From assembly GCA_937891735.1 (NCBI GenBank), contig CALAGR010000207.1:8972-72971 (forward strand): a stretch of DNA of 64,000 nt. The letters are read 5' to 3'. This document shows, piece after piece, positions 42,998-52,292 of the stretch. The notes below the pieces were generated by a model. It made no database searches, was not told the origin of the DNA, and saw only the letters and a list, made by a program, of their open reading frames with translations. Both the position numbers and the translations under genes were made by a program. Source of the DNA: an uncultured Pseudomonadota bacterium (GTDB taxonomy: Bacteria > Myxococcota_A > UBA796 > UBA9615). How positions within the stretch are numbered: position 1 is the stretch's first letter; every line of letters starts with the position of its first letter.

Positions 42998-45471
42998 CCG
43001 CGCCCCTGGCGGCCCTGCTGCTGTCGGGATGCGCCACGGCCCCGGATCCCTGCGCCCTCACTGCGGTCTTCGAGATCGTGACGGACCAGGCGCTCCTGAC
43101 CCTGGACGAGTGCACGGGCCAGCTCGCGCTGGGCGACGCCGACGATCCGACCCGCTGGCTCGCCCCGGCGCCCCCCGGCGTGCCGGCCCTGTCGTGGGCC
43201 AACGACGATCTGGTGCACACCATGATCCAGGGTCGGTACCAGTTCGAGGGCACCTTCGGCGATTGGGCCCCGATGGACGGCGGGCAGCTCGTCACGTTCT
43301 CCGACTGGCAGGGCACCATCGGCGGGCGACCGGCGCTGCTGTCCTTCGGCCCCGGCCCGGGTCCCTCGGTGCACCTGGGGCTCCAGGTCGCGGGGGCGCC
43401 GGATCGCGTGTCGATCGCGTTCGGCTGCAAGGACGGCGAGCGCTTCTACGGCCTGGGGGCGCGCCCCGACGGCACCGACCACACCGGAAAGACCCGCATG
43501 GCCTACACCGCCGAGCAGGGTGTGGGCCAGCGCGACTACGGGCTCGACGAGATCGATCCGCTCAACGGCCGCACCGGCGACAGCTACTTCCCCGTGCCCT
43601 GGACCGTGACGGACCGCGGCCTGGGGGTGGGGATGGGCGGCGACGCGGTCGCGCGCATGTACCTGTGCGGGGAGGACGAGCCGGGGGTCCTGCGCATCGA
43701 GGCCTGGGACGACCGCATCGACCTGTTCCTGTTCCCCGGCGAGGACGCGCGGGACGCGGTCGGGCGCTGGACCCTGGCCTCGGGCACCCCCGCCGATGCC
43801 CCGGACTGGGCGTACGGGCCGTGGCTCGCGAGCCAGCGGGGCACGGAGCCCCTGCTCGCCATGGCGGAGTCGGCCCGCGCGCTCGACGTGCCGGTGACGG
43901 CGATCTGGGCCCAGGACTGGATCGGCGGCCGCGACAGCTTCTTCGGCTACGACCTCGTCTACCACTGGGAGTGGGACGAGGAGACCTACCCGGATCTGCC
44001 CGACGCCATCAGCACCCTGCACGATCAGGGCATCGCGTTCCTGGGCTACTTCAACCCCTTCGTGACCGAGCCGAACACCGAGTGGGACGAGGCGCTGGCC
44101 AACGGCTACCTGATCGACACCCCGGAGGGCGAGCCCTACACCTTCTCCATCGTGACCCGGTTCGGAAGCGTCGTGGATCTGCTCGACGAGGAGGCGGTCG
44201 CGTGGACCCGCAGCTACCTCGAGGCGGCGCCGGCGATGGGCCAGGACGGCTGGATGTGCGACTTCGCCGAGTGGATGCCGTTCGACGCGCAGCTCGCCGG
44301 CGGCGTCACGGGCCAGCAGAACCACAACCGCTACACCCTGCTGTGGCAGGAGCTGAACCAGGGGGTGCTCGACGAGGCCCTGGGCGCCGGAAACGGCGTC
44401 TGCTTCAACCGCTCCGGCTGGACCGGTTCGTGGACCCTGACGCCGGTGACCTGGGGTGGCGACCAGGAGACCGACTTCGCCCGGGACGACGGCATGCCCA
44501 CGGCCCGCGAGATCGGGGTGGGGCTGGGGCTGAGCGGCGTCGGCCGGTACGGCAGCGACATCGCCGGGTTCAGCTCGCTGTTCGGCGGCGTGTCCACCAG
44601 GGAGCTGTACCTGCGGTGGACCTCCATGAGCGCCTTCGAGCCGGTGATGCGCACCCACGACGGCCTGCGGGCCGAGGACAACTGGCGCTGGGACCGGGAC
44701 GCGGAGACCACCGACCACTTCCGGCGCTACGGGCGCCTGCACCTGCGCATGCTGCCGCTCTTCCGGTCGCTGAACCGCGACTACATGGACCGGGGGATCC
44801 CCTTCATGCGCCACGGGGTCCTGGTGGAGCCGCGGGACAGCGCCGCGTTCACCCTCGTCCGCGACGCCCCCGACCAGCACTTCCTCGGGGACGACCTCCT
44901 GATCGCCCCGGTGATGGAGGCGGGCGCGACGAGCCGATCCGTGGTGCTGTCGCCGGGGCGCTGGTACGGGCTGCTCGACGACCTGGTGCTCGACTCTCCC
45001 GCCGAGGGGAGCACCGTGTCCGTCGACTCACCCCCGGGCCACATCCCCGTCTTCGCCCGCAGCGGCACGATCCTTCCGCTCCTGGACGAGGACGTGCAGA
45101 CCAGCTACCGAACGGCCGACGCGGGCGTGCTGGACGACGGTGACCTCGCCCAGATCGTCGATCTCGTGGTGTTCCACGACGTCGCCGCCGAGGTCACGCT
45201 CACCGACGGCACGGGCTGGGTGTGGGCCGCGGACGACGCCGGGCCGATCAGCGCCGCCGGCGTGAGCCTGGATGGGGTCCCGCTCCCGGACTGCGACGCG
45301 GGCCGGGACAGCCAGTGCGTGCGCAGCGTGGACGCCCAGGCGGGGCGCATGGTGCTGGAGGTGTCGTGGGCCCAGGGCGCCTCGACGCTGCAGGGCGCGG
45401 GCTGGAGCCTGACCACCGAGCAGGGGCGCGGTCTGGGCAGCCGCGTACAGATCCGCTACCCGCCGCAGTAG
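42970..45471 (+). CDS. glycoside hydrolase family 31 lipoprotein (alpha-glucosidase/xylosidase-like)
   Basis: The TTG start gives lipobox LAALLLSGC. GH31-like segments DGWMCDFAEWMP and VTWGGDQETDF are present. Confidence 0.8.
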   Translation: MARLDAAFLTAPLAALLLSGCATAPDPCALTAVFEIVTDQALLTLDECTGQLALGDADDPTRWLAPAPPGVPALSWANDDLVHTMIQGRYQFEGTFGDWAPMDGGQLVTFSDWQGTIGGRPALLSFGPGPGPSVHLGLQVAGAPDRVSIAFGCKDGERFYGLGARPDGTDHTGKTRMAYTAEQGVGQRDYGLDEIDPLNGRTGDSYFPVPWTVTDRGLGVGMGGDAVARMYLCGEDEPGVLRIEAWDDRIDLFLFPGEDARDAVGRWTLASGTPADAPDWAYGPWLASQRGTEPLLAMAESARALDVPVTAIWAQDWIGGRDSFFGYDLVYHWEWDEETYPDLPDAISTLHDQGIAFLGYFNPFVTEPNTEWDEALANGYLIDTPEGEPYTFSIVTRFGSVVDLLDEEAVAWTRSYLEAAPAMGQDGWMCDFAEWMPFDAQLAGGVTGQQNHNRYTLLWQELNQGVLDEALGAGNGVCFNRSGWTGSWTLTPVTWGGDQETDFARDDGMPTAREIGVGLGLSGVGRYGSDIAGFSSLFGGVSTRELYLRWTSMSAFEPVMRTHDGLRAEDNWRWDRDAETTDHFRRYGRLHLRMLPLFRSLNRDYMDRGIPFMRHGVLVEPRDSAAFTLVRDAPDQHFLGDDLLIAPVMEAGATSRSVVLSPGRWYGLLDDLVLDSPAEGSTVSVDSPPGHIPVFARSGTILPLLDEDVQTSYRTADAGVLDDGDLAQIVDLVVFHDVAAEVTLTDGTGWVWAADDAGPISAAGVSLDGVPLPDCDAGRDSQCVRSVDAQAGRMVLEVSWAQGASTLQGAGWSLTTEQGRGLGSRVQIRYPPQ

Positions 45472-45492
45472 GTCTGCTGCCCGTCGCGGTGT

Positions 45493-47130
45493 TCAGGGCT
45501 CGAAGTCGTCGCTGATCTCGGGATCCGGCGGGGGGGGGAGCGCCGGCTCGGACGTCTCCGCAGGCATCTGCCCAGGAGCCCTGATGATCGACGCGGGCGG
45601 CTGCCTGCCCGGGTTCTGGATCCAATCGACGCTCTCGAGCAGCGACTTGTCGATGGCGCTGACCCGAATGGGCGGCGCCGGCAGCCAGAAGCTGGCCTCG
45701 AACCCGCCTGCGGGCACGTTGCGCGCGGTCAGGCCTCCCCCGTGCAGCGCGAGCACCAGTCGCCCGATGCGCAGCCCGAGCCCGAGCCCTTCGTCCCCGG
45801 TGGAGGCCCCCTCGCCCTGCTCCCGGCTGCCTCGCCGGAAGGGCTCGAAGATCGAGGCGAGCTCCTCGAACGGGACCCCGGGGCCCTGGTCCCGGACCGC
45901 CACCTCCACCTTCGTGTGGCTCCGGGAGACGTGTACCTGTACGGGGCCCTCGCCGTGGGCGCGCACGTTCTCGAGCAACGAGGCGAGGACGCCGGCCACC
46001 AGCCGCCCGTCCATGGCCAGCGCCTCGTCCACGTCGTCGTCGACGTCGAGCTGCACCTGCAGCTCCGGCGCGCGCCGCGCGATGTACAGATCGATGACCT
46101 CGCTCAAGGTCGGCCGGAGGTCCACGTCGGTGATGGTGGCCTTCGCCTCCCCCTGCTCCAGTTCGTGCCAGCGCCACAGGGCGGTGACGGTCCGGTGCAG
46201 GCTCGTGATGTCGCCGTCCACCGCCTCCAGGGCGCGGCGGGGGCCGGGAGGAATCGCGGCCCGGTCGAGATCAGTCAGGCCCTTCCGCGCGCGGTTCACG
46301 GGCTCCACGAGCAGCGCGCCGACCCGGACCAGCATCTCCTTGTGGCGCTCGTCCGCTTCCTGCACCCGCCCCGCGATCCGCCCCGCGGTGCGGGCGATCC
46401 AGGACAGCTCGCGGATCCGCGTCGAGGGCATGGGGCTGCGCAGGTTGCCCGAAGCCATCCGGTCAAAGGCGAGCGCGGTCGTCTCCAGGGGCCGGGTGAG
46501 TCGCAGCGCCACGATGACGCTCGCCAGCGCGGTGACGATGAGGAGCACGAACAGGCTCGACACGAAGCCGCCGTCGCCGGTGGGCAGCACGCCCAGAGGC
46601 ACCTGACGCAGGGTGATGTTGCGGCCCACGGGAGCCTCGACGGCCCACGGGAAGCTGGCCTGCACCCGGACGGGCCGACCGTTGATCCGCCCGAAGCGGG
46701 GATCGTCGGGCTGGTCGCCGAACGACGGCACCCAGGGCTGCTGCCCGGAGTCTGTGAACTCGCCGGGCGAGTCCTCGGCGCGGATCCGCGCCAGGGCCGT
46801 GCGCAGGGACGGGCCGTGGGCCACCGCCAGGGGCGTGTCCGCCTCGAAGAACAGCTCCAGACTCGCGTCCAGATCCATGGCGGCGCGGGACAGGTACGCC
46901 TGGGTGTCTGGTCCGAGCGCGCCGGCCTCGCTCATGGTCTTTTCGACCTCGCTCGCGAGCAGCGCCGTGCGGTGGTAGCTCATCAAGGCCAGCTCGATCC
47001 CGGCCGCGCCGCGCCCGGTTCGCTTGTACAGCCCCGCGACGAGCAGGAGGGTCACAGCGAGCACGGCGATCATCGCGATCGCGATGCGGCTGCTGAAGGA
47101 GGCCTCTGGCTTGGCGCCTGGGCGATGCAT
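45493..47130 (-). CDS. membrane sensor histidine kinase (HAMP-HisKA-HATPase)
   Basis: It has two TM segments, a HAMP-like linker and a C-terminal ATPase region (GLGLGLRIGRLVLALHGG). No adjacent response regulator is present. Confidence 0.8.
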   Translation of the reverse strand: MHRPGAKPEASFSSRIAIAMIAVLAVTLLLVAGLYKRTGRGAAGIELALMSYHRTALLASEVEKTMSEAGALGPDTQAYLSRAAMDLDASLELFFEADTPLAVAHGPSLRTALARIRAEDSPGEFTDSGQQPWVPSFGDQPDDPRFGRINGRPVRVQASFPWAVEAPVGRNITLRQVPLGVLPTGDGGFVSSLFVLLIVTALASVIVALRLTRPLETTALAFDRMASGNLRSPMPSTRIRELSWIARTAGRIAGRVQEADERHKEMLVRVGALLVEPVNRARKGLTDLDRAAIPPGPRRALEAVDGDITSLHRTVTALWRWHELEQGEAKATITDVDLRPTLSEVIDLYIARRAPELQVQLDVDDDVDEALAMDGRLVAGVLASLLENVRAHGEGPVQVHVSRSHTKVEVAVRDQGPGVPFEELASIFEPFRRGSREQGEGASTGDEGLGLGLRIGRLVLALHGGGLTARNVPAGGFEASFWLPAPPIRVSAIDKSLLESVDWIQNPGRQPPASIIRAPGQMPAETSEPALPPPPDPEISDDFEP

Positions 47131-47173
47131 TGATCCTCCTGGGGTTCCGCTCCGCTGGTCTAGGATACCGACG

Positions 47174-47566
47174 ATGCAACGCGCACCCTGTCAGCTCGCA
47201 ATCTTCCTGAGCTTCGCGGCCCTTGGATGCGCGGGCTCGAACCACGGCAGCGGGGTCGCCCACAGCGTCGCTGTGGCCGGCGCGCTGTCCGCCAGCGCGA
47301 ACCTCAGTCAGTCCCAGGTGGCCACGTTCCAGGCGGACGTTCGGTCCAGCTGGGCGGTGGCCTACGATCCGGCCGTCCCAGCGGGGTGTGTGCCCGGCGG
47401 TGTCGCCGCGCCCGTGGGCGAGCGGCCGTGTCGGGCCTACCTGCTGCAGCGGTTGAAGACGACGTGGACCCTGCGTTCCGTGGGGACCCCCGGCTCGATG
47501 GACGTGCCGGCGCACGTGCCCGCGGATCTGGGCGCCCCCGACCGCCTCGTCTACCTGGGTAGCTAG
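47174..47566 (+). CDS. small hypothetical lipoprotein
   Basis: ATG at 47174 gives the lipobox signal MQRAPCQLAIFLSFAALGC. GC3 is high. Confidence 0.55.
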   Translation: MQRAPCQLAIFLSFAALGCAGSNHGSGVAHSVAVAGALSASANLSQSQVATFQADVRSSWAVAYDPAVPAGCVPGGVAAPVGERPCRAYLLQRLKTTWTLRSVGTPGSMDVPAHVPADLGAPDRLVYLGS

Positions 47567-49677
47567 CCGGGGCCCTTGGGGCTCGCGCCGGGGGACGTGC
47601 TGCGCCGCGACTCGAACCGCCGGCTCAGCTGCGCCAGGCGCCGGGCTTCGGAGCTGCTGCCGACGCCGCTGTGGGCCTTGGCGGCCCTCGCGTAGGCCTC
47701 TGCGGCGCGGCCGCCCTCCCCCGCCGCCGACCAGTAGGCCGCGGTTCTCTCGCTGGCGAGGCCCGAGTATTCGTCGTTGTGCTCCAGCCACCGCGCCGCC
47801 CGCGCGAGCGTCGCCTGCAGCGCGTGAAGCTCCGCGACCCCACCGACCGCTCCGCGCTCGGTCGGTCGGAGCATCCAACGCCCCGCGGCGTCCCGGAACT
47901 CGACGGCCCCCTGCACGTCCGCCCACCGCAGGGCATCGAGCAGGAGCTGCCGAGCCAGGGGGAGCGCCGCCAGCATCAGCTCGACCTCGACCCAATGGCC
48001 CAGCTCACCGAGGTAGCCGCGGATCTGCGGCCAGACCACGGGCATGGGCGGCGGGGGCGTGTCGAACTCCGCCGATCCGACGACGGGGATCCAGAGACGG
48101 CCATCCCGTTGCATGCGCTGGTTGGTCTCTTCGAGGAGCAGGTTCGAGATGACGGTGCCCGCCACGCCCCTGGCGTCTGCGGCGTGGGTCTCGGCGACGA
48201 CATCGAGGAGCTGGTGGTCTTCCTCGTCCGCCGATTCCGCCCGCATCAGCTTGGCGACGTCGGCCCCCTGAAGCCTCGGCGCGGTCACGTTGAAGAGCCG
48301 GGGATCGGCCTCCGCGACCCAGGGATCGAGCGGCGGGAGCGCCCGGCCGGCCAGGACCAGGAGCAGCGGGTGCGGCGAGGTGCCGTGGGCTGCCGCTGCT
48401 GCGGCGCGCTGGACCCGGGCCCACACCAGCGTGTCCACCTCTTCCAGCGTATCCAGCAGGACCACGGCCGGGCCGCCCAGCGAAGCGAGGGCCTGGTCCA
48501 CGAGGTCGTCCGGGGGCGGGGTCCGGGGGTCTACGGGGGGCGGCCGGAACCAGCCCTCCAGGACCGTCCGGGGCCAGCTCGGCAGGCAGGACGCCTCGAT
48601 GGTGACGGCCAGCTTGCCGTCCCGGGCCGCGTCCGCCCAACGCTTCAGGGTCGTCGTCTTGCCGGTGGACGGAGCGTCCACCACGCGAATGACCGCGCCC
48701 TGTCCGGCTCGCAGGTCACGCAGACGCCGATGGAAGAACGTGTCGAGGGTCTCCATGCCCACCACGGGGGCGGGAGCGACGGACCAGATCTGACGCGGCG
48801 CGTCGATCGCCCGGGTGAGGTGGGATCCGAGCGCCTCCCGGGCCGCGGCGACGGTGGGGAATCGGGCATCCGGAGACCAGCTGAGCATGCGCAGCAGCAC
48901 GGCCTCGAGCGCCGGATCGGTGCTCGGCTGCCACTCCCGGATGGGCTGGACCCGTCCCGCGCGATAGGACCGCGCGACTTCGGCGGGGGTCTCGCCCGGC
49001 ACGGCCTTCTGCCCGCTGAGCAGCTCGTAGATCACCGCCGCGACCGACCACTGGTCCGCGAGCCGGCTCGTGGAGAGGCCATCGAGGAGCTCCGGGGCGA
49101 GGTAGCCGTCGCGCTCCCGGATCTCGGCCTGGGGCCGCGCGTCCAGCTCGTCCGGGGGCGCTCCGAGCCCGATGTCCACGAGGACCGCGCGCCCCGGCGC
49201 ATCCACGATGATGTTGCACGGCTTGATGTCCAGGTGAGCGAGCTGGCGGCGGTGCATCGCCTCGATGCCGTCCAGCAGCGCGGCCGCGATCGACGATGCG
49301 TGCCGCCATCGCTCCGCAAAGCCCGCGCTCGACCCGAGAGGAAGGGTGGACCACCACTCGTTCAGGGGCCTGCCGTCCACCCGCTCGAACACCAGCCAGG
49401 CGTTGGCGCGGTCCTCGACGAGGTCCAGGGAGCGCCCCACGTTGGGGTGGTTGAGGCCTTCGAGCGTGCGGTGCGCGGTGCGCAGCCGGGTGGTCTCGGA
49501 GCGGGACGGAGCCGGCAGCCGCTTGAGCACGACCTCGCGCGCATCGTGGTTGTCGTACGCCGCGAGCACGTCCCCCCGGCGTCCGCGGTGCAGCACCGAG
49601 GTGATTCGATAGCGCCCCCTCACGAGGGCTGGACGGTAGATCTCACCCGTGTCGTGGGAGCCCGTTCTCAATGCCAC
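47563..49677 (-). CDS. Ser/Thr protein kinase fused to a P-loop NTPase and a helical-repeat C-terminus
   Basis: Kinase motifs HLDIKPCNIIV and GYLAPELL are followed by the Walker A-like DAPSTGKTT and a long Leu/Ala-rich region. GTG start. Confidence 0.85.
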   Translation of the reverse strand: MALRTGSHDTGEIYRPALVRGRYRITSVLHRGRRGDVLAAYDNHDAREVVLKRLPAPSRSETTRLRTAHRTLEGLNHPNVGRSLDLVEDRANAWLVFERVDGRPLNEWWSTLPLGSSAGFAERWRHASSIAAALLDGIEAMHRRQLAHLDIKPCNIIVDAPGRAVLVDIGLGAPPDELDARPQAEIRERDGYLAPELLDGLSTSRLADQWSVAAVIYELLSGQKAVPGETPAEVARSYRAGRVQPIREWQPSTDPALEAVLLRMLSWSPDARFPTVAAAREALGSHLTRAIDAPRQIWSVAPAPVVGMETLDTFFHRRLRDLRAGQGAVIRVVDAPSTGKTTTLKRWADAARDGKLAVTIEASCLPSWPRTVLEGWFRPPPVDPRTPPPDDLVDQALASLGGPAVVLLDTLEEVDTLVWARVQRAAAAAAHGTSPHPLLLVLAGRALPPLDPWVAEADPRLFNVTAPRLQGADVAKLMRAESADEEDHQLLDVVAETHAADARGVAGTVISNLLLEETNQRMQRDGRLWIPVVGSAEFDTPPPPMPVVWPQIRGYLGELGHWVEVELMLAALPLARQLLLDALRWADVQGAVEFRDAAGRWMLRPTERGAVGGVAELHALQATLARAARWLEHNDEYSGLASERTAAYWSAAGEGGRAAEAYARAAKAHSGVGSSSEARRLAQLSRRFESRRSTSPGASPKGPG

Positions 49678-49701
49678 CGACGCCTCCTGTGGCCCTGGAG
49701 T

Positions 49702-50538
49702 CTACCTGACGCGCGGGCCGGGTTCGGCCGACTGCCCGGCGGACAGGGCGAGCCCGAAGGCGAGCGCGCCGCACGCCGCGGCACCTGTCGCGAGGGCCAC
49801 CGAGGTCTCCCCGTCCAGGCCCAGGGTCAGCGCCAGGAGGGTCGCCACGGCGTTGTTCAGCGCGTGGGCGAGCACACAGGGCGCGATGGCCCCGGCTCTT
49901 CGGAGCACGCCGAGCAGGAGGGCCAGCGGGAGCAGCCCGATCGCCTGGGCCGGATCACCGTGGTAGAGCGCGAACGCCAGGCTCGTCACCAGGATCGAGG
50001 TCACCGCCCCCCGGGCGCGCAGGCTGCGCCACAGCACGCCCCGGAAGATCAGCTCCTCGAACAGGGGCCCGACGAAGACCACCACGAGGATGAACAGCGC
50101 CCGCCAACCCAACGGTCCTTCCGTCAGGGCGGAGGCGAGGCTGGTCATGGTGTCGACGTCCTGGGGCCAGTGCATCGCCTGCTTCAGGGGCTGGCCGACG
50201 TTCTCCGCGAGCCAGCCGCCGACGACGCCCAGGGTCAGGCCGCCCAGGGTCGCGGCGGCCCAGATCCGCGACTGCGGCGGGCCCGCCGCGAGCCCCCAGG
50301 TCTCCGCGGGGGTCCAGTCCTGCCAGCGTCCGAAGCGGTCGCCGAGCCACAGGCCGCCCGCGCCGGTGCCGGTCACGAGCAGGCACAGCCCGGGGGTCGA
50401 GGCGATGAACTCGCCGCCTCCGACGACCCCCACGAGCACCGCCAGGCCGACGTACCAGGCAAGGAACATCCCCCCGAACGCGGCCGCGCGGCCGAACCCG
50501 CTGCGGTCCGGTTCGGTTTGCATCGGCGCGTCCTGCAT
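49702..50538 (-). CDS. CPBP-family (CAAX/Abi) intramembrane glutamic endopeptidase
   Basis: Motifs FEELIFRGVLW, FALYHG and AHALNN lie in a polytopic membrane protein. ATG at 50538. Confidence 0.8.
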   Translation of the reverse strand: MQDAPMQTEPDRSGFGRAAAFGGMFLAWYVGLAVLVGVVGGGEFIASTPGLCLLVTGTGAGGLWLGDRFGRWQDWTPAETWGLAAGPPQSRIWAAATLGGLTLGVVGGWLAENVGQPLKQAMHWPQDVDTMTSLASALTEGPLGWRALFILVVVFVGPLFEELIFRGVLWRSLRARGAVTSILVTSLAFALYHGDPAQAIGLLPLALLLGVLRRAGAIAPCVLAHALNNAVATLLALTLGLDGETSVALATGAAACGALAFGLALSAGQSAEPGPRVR

Positions 50539-50575
50539 GGTGGGCTCCCGGCGTCTGTGGCAACGATGAGGGCCA

Positions 50576-51568
50576 GTGGCTATACCTGTCCACCCGCTCG
50601 GCGAAAGGCCGCCGAGCGACGGAGTCTTCGTGTCAGGCCAGCACCTACATCCGTTCGCCGGCGCCACCGGCCTGCTGTCCCGCATCGGCAACACGCCGCT
50701 GGTTCGGCTTTGCGCCGTGACCGCCCACCTGCCGTCGACGGTGCAGGTGTGGGCGAAGCTCGAGGGCCTCAACCCCGGGGGCTCCGTCAAGGACCGTCCG
50801 GCCCTGTCGATGATCCTGGACGCGCAGCGCCGCGGCGTGCTGGCCCCCGGCATGCGGATCCTGGACGCCTCAAGCGGCAACACCGGCATCGCCTACGCCT
50901 ACATCGGCGCGACCCTGGGCTACTCCCTGACGCTGTGCCTGCCGCGGAACGCCAACGCCGAGCGCAAGCAGATCCTGCGCGCCTACGGGGCCGAGATCGT
51001 GGACACGGATCCGCTGGAAGGCAGCGATGGCGCCATCCGCATGGCGCGCAAGCTGTTCGCCGAAGACCCGGATCGCTACGTGTACCTCGATCAGTACGGC
51101 AACGACGCCAACTGGCGGGCCCACTACGGATCCACCGGACCGGAGATCGTGGAGCAGAGCGGCGGTGCGGTGACCGCCTTCGTCTCCACGCTGGGCACCA
51201 GCGGCACGTTCGTGGGCACGGCGCGCTACCTCAAGGAGTACAACCCGCGGGTGCGCTGCGTGTCGGTGGAGCCCGACTCGCCCTTCCACGGTCTGGAGGG
51301 GCTCAAGCACATGGACACGTCCATCGTGCCGCCCATCTACGACACCTCCATCGCCGACGAGGCCCTCGGCGCGCCCACCGAGGAGAGCCTGGATCTCGTG
51401 CGTCGCCTGGCTCGCGAAGAGGGGCTGCTGGTCGGCCCGTCCTCGGGCGCGGCGTGCTGGGCGGCCCTCGAGGTCGCGTCCCGACTCGCCGAGGGTGTCG
51501 TCGTGGCCATCTTCCCCGACCATGGCGAGCGCTACCTGTCCGAGCACCACATCTGGGGGGACCAGTGA
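50576..51568 (+). CDS. cysM: PLP-dependent cysteine synthase (CysM type)
   Basis: Motifs IGNTPLVRL, NPGGSVKDRPA (PLP Lys) and SSGNTGIAYA are present. The start is uncertain (GTG at 50576 or 50630). Confidence 0.85.
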   Translation: MAIPVHPLGERPPSDGVFVSGQHLHPFAGATGLLSRIGNTPLVRLCAVTAHLPSTVQVWAKLEGLNPGGSVKDRPALSMILDAQRRGVLAPGMRILDASSGNTGIAYAYIGATLGYSLTLCLPRNANAERKQILRAYGAEIVDTDPLEGSDGAIRMARKLFAEDPDRYVYLDQYGNDANWRAHYGSTGPEIVEQSGGAVTAFVSTLGTSGTFVGTARYLKEYNPRVRCVSVEPDSPFHGLEGLKHMDTSIVPPIYDTSIADEALGAPTEESLDLVRRLAREEGLLVGPSSGAACWAALEVASRLAEGVVVAIFPDHGERYLSEHHIWGDQ

Positions 51569-52011
51569 GCCTTCGATTCGTCGCCGCCGAGCAGGACCGG
51601 ATGCACGCCCACGCCGCGGAGGGCTACCCCCACGAGGTGGTCGGGATCCTCGCGGGCTCCCGCGCCGAGTGCACGGTCACCGAGGTCGTGCCCCTGGTGA
51701 ACGAGCGGGCCGATTCTGCCCACAACCGCTACAAGGTCGGCGGGCTGCTGCTCATGCGCGCAGAGCAGGCGCTGGAGGCGCGGGGTCTGGAGGTGGTCGG
51801 CTACTACCACTCCCATCCGGACCACCCATCCCAGTACAGCGACTACGACCGGGACCACGCCCTGCCGAACATGAGCTACGTGATCGTGTCCGTGCTGGCG
51901 GGGCAGGTGGCGAACACCCTGAGCTGGCGGCTGGTCGACGACCGGTCGCACATGACCCCAGAATCCATCGCGCTCATCGACCGAGCGCCGAGCGACCGGA
52001 GCACCCCATGA
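51565..52011 (+). CDS. mec: JAMM/MPN+ metalloprotease (Mec-like)
   Basis: Motif EVVGILAG...HSHPDHPSQYSDYD (E...HxHx7Sx2D) is present. The GTG overlaps the cysM stop (GTGA). This is the only real part of the 1446-aa ORF in the track. Confidence 0.85.
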   Translation: MSLRFVAAEQDRMHAHAAEGYPHEVVGILAGSRAECTVTEVVPLVNERADSAHNRYKVGGLLLMRAEQALEARGLEVVGYYHSHPDHPSQYSDYDRDHALPNMSYVIVSVLAGQVANTLSWRLVDDRSHMTPESIALIDRAPSDRSTP

Positions 52012-52292
52012 GCGTCAACGTGATGATCCCCACCGCCCTGCGCAGCTACGCGGGCGACCAGGCCTGCATCCCCTGCACGGGCGACACCGTCGCGGCGGCC
52101 CTGGCCTCTCTCATCGAGCAGCACCCGGGGCTCGCCAACCACCTGCGGGCCAAGGACGGCAAGCTCCGCTCCTTCGTCAACGTGTACCTGGACGACGAGG
52201 ACGTGCGTTACCTGGACGGCGAGGACACGGCGGTGCCGGCGGGCGCCACGCTCACCATCGTCCCGTCGATCGCGGGCGGGTGGCTCGCATGA
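52008..52292 (+). CDS. cysO: MoaD/ThiS-family sulfur-carrier protein (CysO-like) ending ...AGG-WLA
   Basis: The 94-aa protein has a beta-grasp-like sequence ending TIVPSIAGGWLA. The ATG overlaps the mec stop (ATGA). Confidence 0.8.
   Translation: MSVNVMIPTALRSYAGDQACIPCTGDTVAAALASLIEQHPGLANHLRAKDGKLRSFVNVYLDDEDVRYLDGEDTAVPAGATLTIVPSIAGGWLA

Noticed and set aside
47671-52011. A 1446-aa plus-strand ORF spans the kinase, CPBP and cysM region.
   Set aside because: It is Arg/Gly/Pro-rich junk, antisense to or out of frame with well-supported genes. Only its last 148 codons (from the GTG at 51565) are real, and they encode the JAMM protease.
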